From Lama glama (taxonomy: Eukaryota): a stretch of DNA of 64,000 nt. The DNA lies in NCBI GenBank assembly GCA_028534125.1, contig CM052818.1:13270001-13334000 (forward strand), read 5' to 3'. Both the position numbers and the translations under genes were made by a program. Positions 25,057 through 38,092 of the stretch are shown here, one piece after another (the stretch's first letter is position 1; every line of letters begins with the position of its first letter). Below the pieces are notes generated by a model, which saw only the letters and a program-made list of their open reading frames with translations, made no database searches and was not told the DNA's origin.

Positions 25057-27254
25057 AACTAAAAAAAAAAAAAACACTTAAACAGATCCTGCAAGCCATA
25101 TAAGCATTAGAAGTATCTATTCAATCTGTCTGCCTGATTAACAGTCCTAAAAGGTCCTTGCCTTTTTTCATTATTATAGGCAAAATCTGGCAATTATTTT
25201 GCTCAATTAATTTTTTAAAATAAAACCACATAAGTTTTGAACAATTATGACCTTGAAGATCTAGTACAATTGCCTTACTTTCATGGTGAGGAATCTAAAG
25301 TTCTAAGAAGTTAAATCAAAGTCATACAGCTACTGAATGTCAGAGAGAAAGTAGAATCCAAGTCTCCCTGCTTCCTGCCCAGTACTTGGTTAACAGTCCA
25401 TGATCTGGATTCAGCTTGTTAAAGTTTCATTTCTTGAAAGGCTTGTGAAGAGGTTTGGGGCAGGCTCTGGCAGTTGAGTTGCATTCAGAAAGAGGGAGAT
25501 AACCTCCACCAACTGCTCTGCTACTTTTTCCTTTCCAAATGCATGAAACCCAAAAAGCTGTCTTAGTACAAGGAATAAGAAAAAGAAGAAATGATGGAAA
25601 TCCACATGATATGCAGCTAAGGAGATATAAGGAGGCCCTTTAGGACAGTTTCAGATTTATAACTTAGGGTCAAGATGGGCTGTTCCCAGGTCAGATCTTC
25701 TGCTGTAACTGAACTCCAGAATAGAACTTTGGGCCTGCTCTGATCAGAATTGTCCCTGAGGTGGACCTAGAATTGGGAAGAGCTGATGACCTTACCAAAA
25801 AGGGGAGGAAAACAACACTTCCTAAAGCTTTCACCAAGTGATGCTTCACCCACTAACTCACCAAACTTTCACTGAGCATGTACTAAATGCCAGGCAAGGA
25901 GCTGAGTACTGTGGCTGCAAAGATGAATGAAAGAGAATTCCTCCTTGCTCTCAGGATGCTCATTGTCTGTGATATCTCCCTGTAAGAACTCTTTAGAGGG
26001 TCTAATATATCACATACACACACGCACACACATTCATCTACTAAATGTATCAGAAAAATATGAAGACCTCTGTCACAACTCAGGATTTGACATCCAGTAC
26101 TGGCACCCAGAACCCTAAACCTTCTGTCTCACGACTAACATCATTTAGGCTTCTCCATATGTCTTGTCCTATGTCCTCAAAGCAAAAAGCAACTGTAACT
26201 GAATGCTGTGAAGGTTTATAGATTATACCAACTGCAAAGGTCAAACTGGACGCTGCTTCAGAGCAGTGGAGGATTGGAGAAGCAAAAGCGCTTAGGCAAG
26301 AGAAAGGGCAAATTAATTCCCTTATCAAACTTTTCCTCTCAGAATGAATGGGGTATGTTTTCATATAACTGAGTTCTTGCTTCCTCTCGGGTACCAATTT
26401 GTGGCTCTAGAGGTACTCACAATTAGCACTATATTTGCAATATTTGCAGATAAAGGTTGAATATTTTACAATGTTAAGTAATTCATACTACTCTTCAATT
26501 TATCTTTTTATGGATCTAGATATAATATGTGTTAAGAATAATAAAAATTCTTTATGTTGGCAATGAGATGAACTGTCTAAATTGGAAATGTGAATAGTTT
26601 TACATTCATAAAAATAGTCAGATTTTAAAAATAAATTTAAAGTGCCAGCTTTATTTTAAAATTGTTAGATTCATTAATTACAATTTGTATTTTACCCCTT
26701 ACTTTTGATAAATCTTAAATATTTTAGAATAAATGTAACTTGTAAAACATGATAATTTTAGTTTTTTGCTTTTTATATTTACTCTAAAATATAATCAAAT
26801 TGTATACCATTTATTGTACATGTACAAATGCACTTTATTTTTAATCCTTTAGCTCATTTCTATAAACAGCACTTAAACTATAAAAATATTAGGTATAACA
26901 ACAAAATTAGGGATTTTGTTAAAGAGAAAATATATCTTACAGAATATATACATATATATAATAATTGATAAAATATGCATGTATTTAAATATTCATTCAA
27001 ACATCACTGACCCATCAACAGAATACTAAGTTATGCACAATAATAATTAAATGTAGTCATCTTTAACATTTTGCCAGCATTCTATTTTATTAAAAAAAAA
27101 AGGCCTCACTCATATTGTTTTTTTGTCATTATGGAGGTATAGTTGTCAAAGTAGAAAAAAAGAACATATTTCAGTTAGCAGCTTCTTAGCTTGATTTAGA
27201 AATTTGATGTGTGTAGACATATGATTGGTGGGCTTCTGTTTATCCTCTCATCAG

Positions 27255-27335
27255 AGGCACGGAAATGTTAGAGGTGGCCAGTGTATGAGTCACCAAAATT
27301 TAACATAAAATGATTGAAGCCCCAAAGTCAACAAG
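27255..27335 (+). other. Candidate 81-nt non-coding exon or pseudo-exon
   Basis: Pyrimidine tract and AG (gcttctgtttatcctctcatcag) upstream; consensus donor AAG|GTAAGT at 27336; stop codons in all three frames. Confidence 0.3.
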
Positions 27336-28829
27336 GTAAGTAGGAAAATCAGCTTCTTCCCTTTTTCTGAAGTGAGATTCTTTTTTTCTTCAACGCTCTT
27401 AGTCTCAGGTGGAATCACACAGGCATATAAGGCCATGGAGACTCCCGGTGTTCCTGGGCATGGAGCCAGTATCAGAGAAAGACTGATTTGGCTTTGCCAA
27501 ATGTTCCTGGGAAGACTGCTCTGTTTGGATGGATGTAGTCTGTGTGTGCTTAAGGGCCCCACAATGCACACATAATGCAAAAGTAACAAAGAAACTTTTC
27601 ACGTTTGGAGACCACGCCAGTGGCTACCATGTCCTGATTGGACTGGAACTGGAAGATGATCAGCCCTGCCAATTCCCTGCTTGGCTATAATGCAATGGCC
27701 TCTGTGGGTCTGGTTCATTGCAGTATGTTTACGATGGTCTAAGCAAGGCTATGGTGAAACACAATTATTCTATTTTTCATTTTCATTTCAGAGCTCTTGG
27801 AGAGACACGCATTGATCTTTCATTCATACATTAACGTCTTACCCTTTCTTTACCTTTTGTGAATTTTTTGGTATTTTTTTTACTTCTCCAGTTAATGTCT
27901 CAAAACAAACTTACTCTTGGATTTTTACCTTATTCCTCATAAAAAGACATTACTAAGTCTTGTAAATTTTCTTTCTGGAAATTTTTACACAGTTACTTTG
28001 AAGATGGCTAAAATTTCTCTCATTTCATATGGGGCTGCCTGTGTCTTCACATCTTAATCAACTTTCACAATTAAAGAATAGGATCTTATATTTCAAGCAT
28101 CCATTTACCTTAAGAAAATTTATATAAACAGATAAAAGATGAAGAGAATGACAGCATGAGCAAGAAGGGAATCCTATTTAAATAATGCAGGCAACCCCCG
28201 CTACCCCAGCCCTATACCCAACTTTATCCTACACAAAGAGAACATCTTAAGTGAGCATGAGCTAGGAGCCTTGAGTCTGCCATGTCCTGTGCACTGACTA
28301 GGATTCCAGTATTTAAACACATATCTTTTTCAGACATGATCTTCAAATGCAAGCCAGCTGCGTGTGAGACTCAACTGCAGAAGTAGTATTCTGTCTGTCC
28401 TAAAGATGGAGGAAAATGGCCTGTGCTGGTGTTTTGAAGATAGCGTGTTGGTCTCCAAAGTTTTGACCTCCTTAGGGATTTGATTTGTTACCATTTTCAC
28501 ATTATAAACCAACTTTAGAAGTAAACTTTCATGTAAGCTATGAATTTCAGTTTTATATGCAGCCCCATCTGCCTGTAGGGTCTTAGTGAATAGCACCTAT
28601 GTTTGATTCATCGTCCGTATCCCCTGAAGCCCCAACACAATGCCTTGGACCAAGAGGTGTTGCAGAAACTGTCTTGAATGAATGAATAAAAAAATAAGTA
28701 TCCGAGTATTGAAAACTGTGTCTCTCTGGTAGCCTCTGTAATCCATGTGATGAAGTGGTCACCAAGTGGCTGATACCATATTGATACCAGCTGTTTTTAA
28801 GATACTATTAAAAACTGTTTTTCATAGGG

Positions 28830-29175
28830 TAGTCACCAGATCATCTGCTTCAGAATTAGTCAGATGCATTTAAATGTAAATGCGTGGGCCCCATTACATC
28901 TCCTGAGTCAGCATCTCTGGAGGGAGGTCCCAGAGCCTACACTTCCCCATGATTTCCGAGGCGATCCTGCTGGACTCCAAAATCAGAGCACCAATGTACT
29001 GGTGGTTCTCAATAGTGTCTGTGCATTAGAACCACTTGAGAAGATTTTGTTAACTAATATATAATCTAGCCCACCTCAGACTAATAAATCAGAATCGCCG
29101 GGATGGGCTTGGCCATCAATGTGTTGTCCAGTTTCTTCCGGTGATTCTAATGTGCAGTGAGGACTGAGAACTGCA
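28830..29175. mobile_element. Two adjacent MER5-type elements
   Basis: tcagatgcatttaaatgtaaatgcgtgggcccc...tgagtcagcatctctgg, then ctggtggttctcaat...gcattagaaccacttgag...ggtgattctaatgtgcag...tgagaactg. Confidence 0.65.
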
Positions 29176-29619
29176 GCTTCAGATGCCTCTTTCTCCTACT
29201 TTAGCCCACTTAAAATCTGCTGTATCAGCTACCCTCAGCAAACAATGGGGCACAAGGAAAGCACCAAAGAAAACAAAAAAGACAAAGGTCAGGGTCTGTG
29301 GGAAAGCTAAGCTCTGGGCAAACTGCCTCACAGCATGGGCTTCCAAGGCAGTAGGTACCACAGTCAAAATGGCTGGCTCTAACCAGGCCAGTGAGACAGC
29401 AACATTGGATGGAGGCATCACAAAGAGGCTCTTTGCTACTTTTGGTTTTACCTATTAATAATTAAATGGAATCCATGTCACTATTCCTAGGACTGGCACA
29501 AGGTTCACCTCAATGGAATTAGAGGAAGAGAAATTAATCCCTTGTTTCAAAGAACAAAATATATGACTATGCTCTGAAAGAAATAATGCTTGTTTTGCAT
29601 AAACTGTTTATAAAAAACT

Positions 29620-29800
29620 GTACCTATTGTCTCTTATGAGCCTCCCAATAACTAGCTGCTATAAGCAGGAAAAGTATTATTGTCCCCACTTTAGAGACAG
29701 CAAAACCTGGGTGAAAAAGGTTAGGTAGCCTGTCCAAGGCCATACACTTAGCAAGCTTAAGAACCAGGACATAACCCAAGTCTTCTGACCCAAATCCAAT
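29620..29800 (-). mobile_element. MIR SINE
   Basis: tattattgtccccactttagagacagcaaaacct...gtccaaggccatacact...aacccaagtcttctgacccaaa. Confidence 0.7.
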
Positions 29801-30499
29801 TTTTTTTCTCACTCCATTCAAATTCATCAACACTATCTTCCCTTTCAAAAAAAAAAGAAAAAGGATTCAGGTTATATGGGAAACTATTACCTGCCTGCAT
29901 CTCTCTTATGATATCACTTTCTGCTTTATATTTTATAATTATTTACAGAGCTAGATCTCTTATTCTACTTAAAGAGGAATGCTATGTGTTTGATTCATCT
30001 CTATATTGTCCACGATGCCTTGTTCTAAAAAATGATTGTAAGTAGTCAATAAATGTTTCTTGGATAATCAGACGAAAATAATATATGTTTAAAATTTTAA
30101 ATTGTAAAACTGTCAACCAGAGGGCAAACATAATTCTGCTCATCATCATCCTGAAGATGAATGGTATGTGAAATTACACTAATGGATAAAACAGAGAAGA
30201 GACAAAGGCACTACTCAGAGTAGAAGAGAAGGCACAAGAGAAGCTACAATAAAGATGGGAGCTATTACTCTGTGGAAAGACCCCTGGCATTGGAGACCCA
30301 GAGGGGAGCAGACACTGCTGCAGCTAACTGAAGAATCTGTGGCCTGGCTTTTGAGTGGTGCATAATGAAGAAGGCTTGTTTCTGACGTCAACAAGGAAAA
30401 GTAAAGGAAAGTACTTTTTCCTTTACTTTTCCAAGAAAAATAAAATGCTGTACAAAAATTCATGGTAAAAATGTAAAGCATGATTATAAGAAATTTATG

Positions 30500-31220
30500 G
30501 AGTTCAAGAAAAGAGAATCTTGAGCTTGGAACTTGAAGTATTTTACTTCAGGCAGACTTGGTTTAAGAGCATAAATTATATCTTGACTATAGTCACACTC
30601 TGATTCTTCAGTGAATAATGTTGAGTAATATCATGATATTGTAAATGATTTTTACTTCTATTTGTTTCTCAGAATTAATATATAGACAAAGCATGGAAGA
30701 CTTAATGTATCCTTCAGAATAAAAATGCTTTAAATCTTGACAATGTAAAAATAATGGTAGAACTGACCAGCAGTAAGTGTTGGAGGTGGGGAGGAGAGAT
30801 AAGAGAAAGTGTAAGGGGTGGTCATCTTCACCACATCTTACACCACGGGTAGTTACTGAATATATCTAAAGTTGACAGAACAAGAAATAAAATCCAAACA
30901 TAGTATCAATATTATAACCAATAGAGGGACAAAAAAATGGGGGAAGGTGCAGGGAAAAAGGAAGAGGGCCAACAGATGTGAATTGAAATAGTCATTTTTC
31001 AAAGCAAGGAGGTAAAAGAGTTGCTTGAACTTATAAGCCAAGAAATAGATATTTAAATCTATATACAATAGATATTTAGAGTTATAGTGATAACCATTGG
31101 AAGGGCTTTAAAACCAGAAAGTATCATGGGTCTTTGAGGAGTAAGGCTATGAATAATCTAAAGAGATACACTTTTCATTTGGTATCCTTACCTTTTATTG
31201 AATTTTTATTTCTATGAGCA
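30500..31220 (+). mobile_element. Old L1M (MC/ME-type) or HAL1 3' remnant
   Basis: A-rich decayed block (ttgactatagtcac...ttgacaatgtaaaa...ggaggtggggaggagagataag...atctaaagttgacagaacaagaaa); family uncertain. Confidence 0.35.
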
Positions 31221-33204
31221 TGTACTCCTAAGATTCTCATTAGTATGCTGAAATATATCTCAAGTTTTCTGCCTTCTCAATGTTCTGATCCCCAACCAAT
31301 GAGGCAATGATTCTATACAATGATCAAAATTTGACAGCAGGTTAAATTTCCATGGTCTTTAACACTAAGGTCAGTAGCCACCTCAGTGAGACTCTCTAAA
31401 TCTGAAATATATTACCTTCTGGACAGTAGAAGCGCATAGTTCTGAACTACCTCCAACTGTCTGCTTGTTTTTCATGCCAGAATCACCAGTTTTCCATGAA
31501 TGTCATCTTATCTTACAACCAAGTATCATAAATTTCTCAGTAGGTCTCTCTGGTAAGGTGTGCTGGGAAAGCCCAGGGATGCCTCACTTTTGAACAACCA
31601 GAAAAGAAAAGGCTGCCAGGACTGAAAGCCTGACGATAAGACATTCCAACTTTGAGCTCTAGCGGAGGGTATTGATTACACTTCTGGAGCCCTTGCAATC
31701 TTAGAAACTTCTGGATCCTAACGACAAGGATTGAAACAACGGTTATTAAATACTAGAAATATTCCTCTGCCTACTTTAAATGCCAAAGCCAAATGCTAAA
31801 TAACCAGAGGATAAAATTTAACCCTGTTCAATCTAATTTGGGAGATGCAAGGTCGCCATATGACCTTTTAGTTTAACATACCCCTAGCATCACTTCCCTT
31901 TGCTTAGTTGAGCAATTCTTAGCAACACTTCATCTTATTTGATTGAACAAAGGATATAATACTGACAGAAGAACAAAATGGAAACTGTAGCTGCAAAGAC
32001 AAAATTCTTAAAAGATGAGACATTCAAGTTTGTCATGGTTTAAAAAAACACATATATTTTTGAGTAATACAAAACTATTGTAGGGTTTCAAACTAAAAAG
32101 TTGAAGTAAGTTGACCCAGAATTGGTTGGTTTTTTTTTTTTTTAGCTAAATAATGATTAGGTATACGAAGAAATAATCTTTAAACCTGTAAATCTGTAAC
32201 AAACTTAATTAATATTGCCTGACGTGAAAATCGATGATGGTACAAACTTATCCCTACATATTGGCAAATTTCTACTGTGGTTTATTCTAAACCTTGAGTA
32301 GGTACTTAAGTTCAGGGAAATAAAAATTTGGGTTTTTCACTTCGGATAAACCACAAAGAGGTTGGGACAAAACTGTTCCGTCTGATTATACCAGTCTCTG
32401 AGAATATTAAACACTAGAGTGTTTAATTTCTGAAAAAGGATTTCTAAAAATGCTAACCTATTTTCATTCTAATATTGCAGAATTAGCATAAAGTATCTTT
32501 TTTCTAAAATACATCAATCTTTTTGTCCAAATGTCATCCTTTTTATACAGTTAAATGTGAAATGTAAAATGTCTTAATTATTATTGACTGTAGTTAAAAT
32601 TTTTAAGAATGCTGTCCTAACTCTACACCAGCCATTTCCATAATATAGCTCCTCTATTTTGCCTTTAATCTAGTCATTTATATTGTTTTCTAGAATTAAT
32701 CCAAAATCGATTACATTTTACCAGCCAATACCAATTGGTAAATGTTGCTTAAAGCACTGTGTTAAGGATTCTGAGGTTGTACCCAAGTTCAGTGACAAGG
32801 CAGACTCTAATTAATTAACATGTTCACCATGGAAGCAAAAAGAGAAAAATGACAGTATGTTCTTGTCACCTCTATCAGGTGCTAAAATCTAGCACATTGT
32901 AAAACTCTGGATATTTCTGTGTTTTCTAAAATAAAACACAACTTCATAAGTTGAAATTCTGTAATATAAAACCTATACTGAGTCTTCAGAAATTACCAAA
33001 ATTGTCAGGGTTAACCACGTTGCCCCAGAAAGAAGACGGAAGTACTCCAATAAACATAAACTTGTCACACAGAGTCTCAGACTGTAAAGTCATAGGAATC
33101 AAATGACTTTGTAACCTAAGTCCTCTAACTTAAGACCACCCTTCTCTAAATCCAGTTGATTCCTCTAGGGATCATTACTGTCCATAGACTAGAAATATTT
33201 TTTT

Positions 33205-33600
33205 TAATAAATAGAATAGATAGCCTAAGTGAAATATGCATAAACTTAACATACGATCAAGAAGATATCACAAATCAGTGGGAAAGAGGAGGATGATTCT
33301 GGGATAACTAATTAACTATTTGCATTTAAAAAAAAGTTTCAATTATACCCTTATCTCACACACACACCAAAATAAATTCTATATGAATTAGATTTAAATG
33401 TGAAGAGTTTTATCATTTTTTTCAAACCTAAAAAATAAAAAGTAAATTTCACCTGATTTCTAATTAGGGAAAGACTATTTAAGTGTAAATGCAATGGAAG
33501 TAATTACAAAGGAGAAGATCAAAGATATAACTATCAAAAAATTTAAAGCATGTATATATTTTAAAACACAGAAAGCAAAAATTGTTTTAAAAAAAAAGGA
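33205..33600 (+). mobile_element. Old L1ME-like ORF2 fragment
   Basis: aaatcagtgggaaaga...ctgggataact...cccttatctcacacacacaccaaaataaattc...gatttaaatgtgaa...acaaaggagaagatc matches decayed L1 ORF2. Confidence 0.65.
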
Positions 33601-33636
33601 AAACTTTAGGGTTTAAAAAAATTAAATAAATTGCTC

Positions 33637-34172
33637 TAGTTAGGAAAGTTTTGCTTGAAAGGATTGGGTGTCCATTCAAATGACTTCCTGTGAAAAACTT
33701 ACGGGCAATCTAACTGAAATGAATTACAGGGAGTACAGCTGGACCTCATAGGAATGGAAAAATGATTAAGCAGCTCTTCTCTCTAGTTCCAGCTCTCTCT
33801 GTCCATGTGGTCTTTCTCTGGCCCTCCACAGGCCTCCTCTACTCTCTTTTCTGAAGGGAACTATGCCCACTTCTCCTCTATTACTTAGTCTTCATGTGGC
33901 CTTAACTGGCTTTGACGACAAATCTGGCTTCAGAACCCAGCACCAATGTACTGACTCAGTCTTTCAGCACCTTTGTCCCAAACTTCTGGGAAGAAGATAT
34001 AATAGGCCGAATTTGGTCAGGTATCTATACATAGTTCAGCCAGTTATGGGCAAAAGGATGTCCCCCTGACATGAAACTGGTGAGGGCTACCTGTTTCTCA
34101 GCAGGTCTAGGTACAAGGTAACTCCAAAGACAGGGACATGGGATAGGCAGGCACCAAACACACATCTACTAC
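33637..34172 (-). mobile_element. MaLR solo LTR (MLT1-type)
   Basis: cccaaacttctgggaagaaga...ggccgaatttggtcaggtatctatac...cagccagttatgg and terminal atctactaca (TG start on the minus strand). Confidence 0.5.
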
Positions 34173-35059
34173 ACAGTTGATGGGATTGTAATGTTAACAT
34201 GGAGTTTCATAATAAGTTAAGCAAGAAAAGCCTACTGCAAATTTTTATAGTCAAAATTCTCTCCAGTATGTGAATTAAAAAAAAAAAGCATGGTTATTCC
34301 AGTAGTACTAGGCAGGGGTGACTTTCTGTTTTTCTGATTTATTACACTAATTTGTACTTTCCAAAGTTTCCATTACAAACGTGCATAATTCTAACAATCA
34401 GGAAAGAAATAAAGTAAAAGACCAAAAGAAGAAAAGCCAAAAGTATTGGCAACTAAGTACCAAGTATTCAATTTAGGTTGAATTCTCAGGTCATTTTTGT
34501 TGACATGCCCCAACTTTCAATCCCACTACTGCCCTATGCACTCACTGCTACCCTCCAGCCTCAGTAAGTGACAGGCACTTCCCTGAAGACCCCACCCACA
34601 CTCACCGACTGTGCCATTCTTGTGGTCATGTTGACTAGAACATCCTTTCAGGCTTTCTCTGTCTAGTGGATGCTCCTCTATCCTCAAGGCATGGATGAAA
34701 CAGTGAGCCTTCCTCAACTGCCATCGTCCCAACAAGATTCCTTCTCCCCCCGTGTCTTTTAGCCCCAGGTCTGTAGCCCCGCTATAATCCTCATCCCAAC
34801 TGTGTTTTCACTGACTGTATATGTCTCCAACCTCCCAGCTACACTTGTAATTTCTCTTAGAGAAGTGTTCTAGCCTATGAATGCTGTTTCATCAACAGCT
34901 AGCTCAGGACATAAGTAAGAATAGGTTCTTAATGAATGTTTTGCTGAATAAATGTGGAAAGTTCAAGGAATTATTTCTGCTTTAGGGTCAGCGACTTCAG
35001 ATTAATTCTTATTCCAAAAATTTATTTTACTAAGAAAAAATATAAGATGTTAACAATAT

Positions 35060-35282
35060 ACTGGAAAAAAAATACGGATTTCAGAGCCCAGCAGACAAGT
35101 TTTGAATCCCCAGTCTGTTACTCACTAGTTGGGTAAATTGTTAATCTTTTCTCAGTTTTAGTTTCCTCATCTTTAAAACTGGGTTGACAACATCTTTCAT
35201 GCAGAATTGATTCAAGGATTAAAGGTGAAATACGTAAAATGGCTGGCAACAGTAGGGGTTTAGTAAATGGCAGATATTATTT
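35060..35282 (+). mobile_element. MIR SINE
   Basis: tttgaatccccagtctgttactcactagt...ttagtttcctcatctttaaaactggg...caaggattaaa...tagtaaatggcagatattatt. Confidence 0.75.
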
Positions 35283-36394
35283 ATATTGTGAACTTATTAA
35301 TTGATGAAATAGGTAGGAAATACTTATAGAGTTGTGTACTCATGGAAAACACATATTTGAATTACATCTCAAAACATTAAAAGAGATTTCATCTCCAAAA
35401 ATAGCCAGTATATTTATGAACATATAGAAAAGTGGGTACCTCTGGAATGTTCAGGGCTGGAAAAATTTTGTGAAATTCTAATGACATTGGGATTTACATG
35501 GGCTGTCTGATCAAATTTTAGCGCTCAACCCACCGTTTCAGTCGATCTTTTTCAGCAGAAAGGTCATTAATACATTAAAGCACATTATTTTAAACAAACC
35601 TCAAAATTCTATTATTGTACTGTTCTGCTAAGTGGGGTCAGAGTTTTTTCTTTTTTCTTAGCTGTGACCAATGCAAAACACAATAGACATCTAATCCATA
35701 AGAACATCTAAGAGGAAGGCAGAGAAATTCATCTCCTGGCCTGGTGTACGATGTGCGGAGGAGAGACACAAACTATAAAAAAAATTCTGGTTCTGGGTGA
35801 AATGGAATCCTCCCAAAGGCATGGTTGTGAGGGGCTGTCACTTGATGCGGGCACGCTGGAGTGTGAATCTGTGAGTGGTGTATGGGTTTAGCTTGGTTGT
35901 GTGCTAAATACTTTGTGCTTTATTATATTTATGTACTTTAAAAATACATATATATTAAGCACCCATTGTGCACCCAGAAGGATACAGAGGTAAAGACAGG
36001 GTCCATGCACCTAGGGAGTTTCCACTCTACCAGGAAGGCACGACAAACCCACAAACAACTCCAACATCAGATCATGCAGGACACGTGTCACAACACATGT
36101 ATCTTAAGTACCCTGTGAACATTATACAGCTTCAAAGGACTCTTGGTGTCTCCAGGGTTATCATATAAGAGAAGGGTTCAGAATGCTTACTGAAAAGTTA
36201 TTCAGTAATATACACAGCAGTCAGGAGTGAATTAACAAGATTTTTATAGCAAATGCCTCCTGAAAAGTTATGCACACAGTAAATATTTTCCTTCTATAAA
36301 GTAGATGCAGTTAGAGGCTCTGCAATTACTCCAAAAATGCTATTCTTTAAGTTGTCTATATTAATGATTTTTAAATTATACTAGTTACATAACT

Positions 36395-36747
36395 CCTCCT
36401 CCTTAGGGTCTTTGCTCTCACCATTCCATCCCCTTAAAGATCTCCCCGAGATTTCACATATCCTGCTCCCTCATCCATTCAGCTCTTTGCTCAAATGCCA
36501 TCTCCCTGGAGACCCTTATTCTCCCATCCCCTCACTTTCTCCTCTCTGCTATATTTATTTTTTCCATGGAATATAGTATTACTTGACATTTTATTATTTA
36601 TCTGCTTATTTTTCGTCTCCTCTTACTGAAAGTCCAGAGCACTTCTGTCTAGTTCATTGCTATAACCTAACACCTAGAATATAACCTGCTATAAAATGGC
36701 ACCTTTTAAACATTTGTTCAGTGAATAAAAAAATGAATGAATGAACA
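36395..36747 (+). mobile_element. L2 LINE 3' end
   Basis: ctccctcatccattcagctctttgctcaaatgccatctcc...cacctagaa...aaacatttgttcagtgaa...tgaatgaatgaa. Confidence 0.8.
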
Positions 36748-36861
36748 TTCCTTTGAATATATTCCGAAGTGGCAAATCTTCATCTAGTGGATGTGAATTT
36801 GAATTTCTGTAGCCAGATTCTCTTAGACCTTTCTGGGTAAAATGGATAGATGAAGCTGCAG

Positions 36862-36936
36862 TCATTCACTCATTCATTCAACAAATGCAGACTGAGGGCG
36901 ATTATGTGCCAGATACTGTTCTAGGTGCTAGCTTAT
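36862..36936 (-). mobile_element. L2 LINE 3' tail
   Basis: tcattcactcattcattcaacaaatg...actgagggcgattatgtgccagatactgttctaggtgct. Confidence 0.75.
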
Positions 36937-37858
36937 CCAGTTGGTCCCAAATGCAATGTGACTATCGAATAAGATGATGGGCTTTATTATGTGATTGTAG
37001 ACTAATTCTGAAGATTCCAAAGATGTCTCTCACAATAGCATCACAACTGAAACAGAAGCAAAGCTTTTAAAGATGACCACTCATGACCTGGACATGGAGG
37101 TTCTTCTGTGCTTTTTTTAAAAGATGAGTTTTAACCATTTCATGATTTTATTTCCTAAAAATAGGTTCTCTCAAGTGCCCACAGTGGGTCTTGTGGAGAT
37201 GGGAGGGGGAGGGGTTGTAGTGAGGTCTTCTCTAAATTATTCAAGATATTCCAATGTATAACAGATTGACCTTCCACACCTGTTTGTGAATGGAAAATAG
37301 ACATTTGGCAGGAGTGGGGTCACAGAGACAGGGGAAAGTATTTTCAGACGTTAGTAAAAACACCTAAAGACATGCATTCGAATAAGGTATGCAAACAAAT
37401 ATATCTTGAGCTTTTTTTTCCAGAGCAGAAATACTTGATAAGTAATCCAGGTTTGTAATAGGTTTCTTTAGAACTAGGATATCTAAATCCAATTATCCTG
37501 GTATTAAAATGGTGCTAATCACTTGTCCACATCTAACAATGCTGGAAGGTTCTAATCTATTGTGTACATGTTATACCCTGTAGCCAGGCCAACTCAGCAT
37601 TTATCAACAAGAAATTGTGAAGCACCAGATTTTATATTGCCTTTCTCCAAATAACTATCTCTGTGGGGTCTTCATTCCCAGCAAACTTGGCACTTTGTGT
37701 TTAAGAAATGTTTTCCCCAAAAGCTCTACAGGGTAGCCTTCTGGTAGAAACAGTTTCTGGTGTCTCCTCTGCTTCAACAACCCTTCGAGCACAGCAGATC
37801 CTGAAGAGCTGGGTGTCTAAATTAAAATAGTTAAATCCATGTGGCTGCAGGATCTATA

Positions 37859-38092
37859 CAGCTGTGGCTTCTGTCAGCTCTTCAATAAAATATTAGATGT
37901 GTGTTTATTGTTTGGGAGCTGTCCACAGTTCCTTGTTCAGCTGGCAGGGGTTAAAGGGTATGTAGATTACTTGGCCAGCTGTTGGTAATTGTCACAGCCA
38001 CACAACATGTTACTTGGTAACCCATAGAACAGCATTCTCTCGAGGTAGAGTCTTTGTTGCTAAGCAATAAATTCAGGTAAAATAACAATTGG
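37859..38092. promoter_or_regulatory. Candidate enhancer: three CAGCTG E-boxes, two RFX X-box-like palindromes, SOX-like site
   Basis: CAGCTG at 37859, 37938, 37976; GTTACTTGGTAAC 38009-38021; GTTGCTAAGCAAT 38056-38068; AACAAT 38084-38089; no recognisable repeat. Confidence 0.4.

Noticed and set aside
37915..37935. REST/RE1-like site GGAGCTGTCC (other half-sites near 2447, 11540 and 43050)
   Set aside because: Only one half of the 21-bp RE1 matches in each case; no full element.
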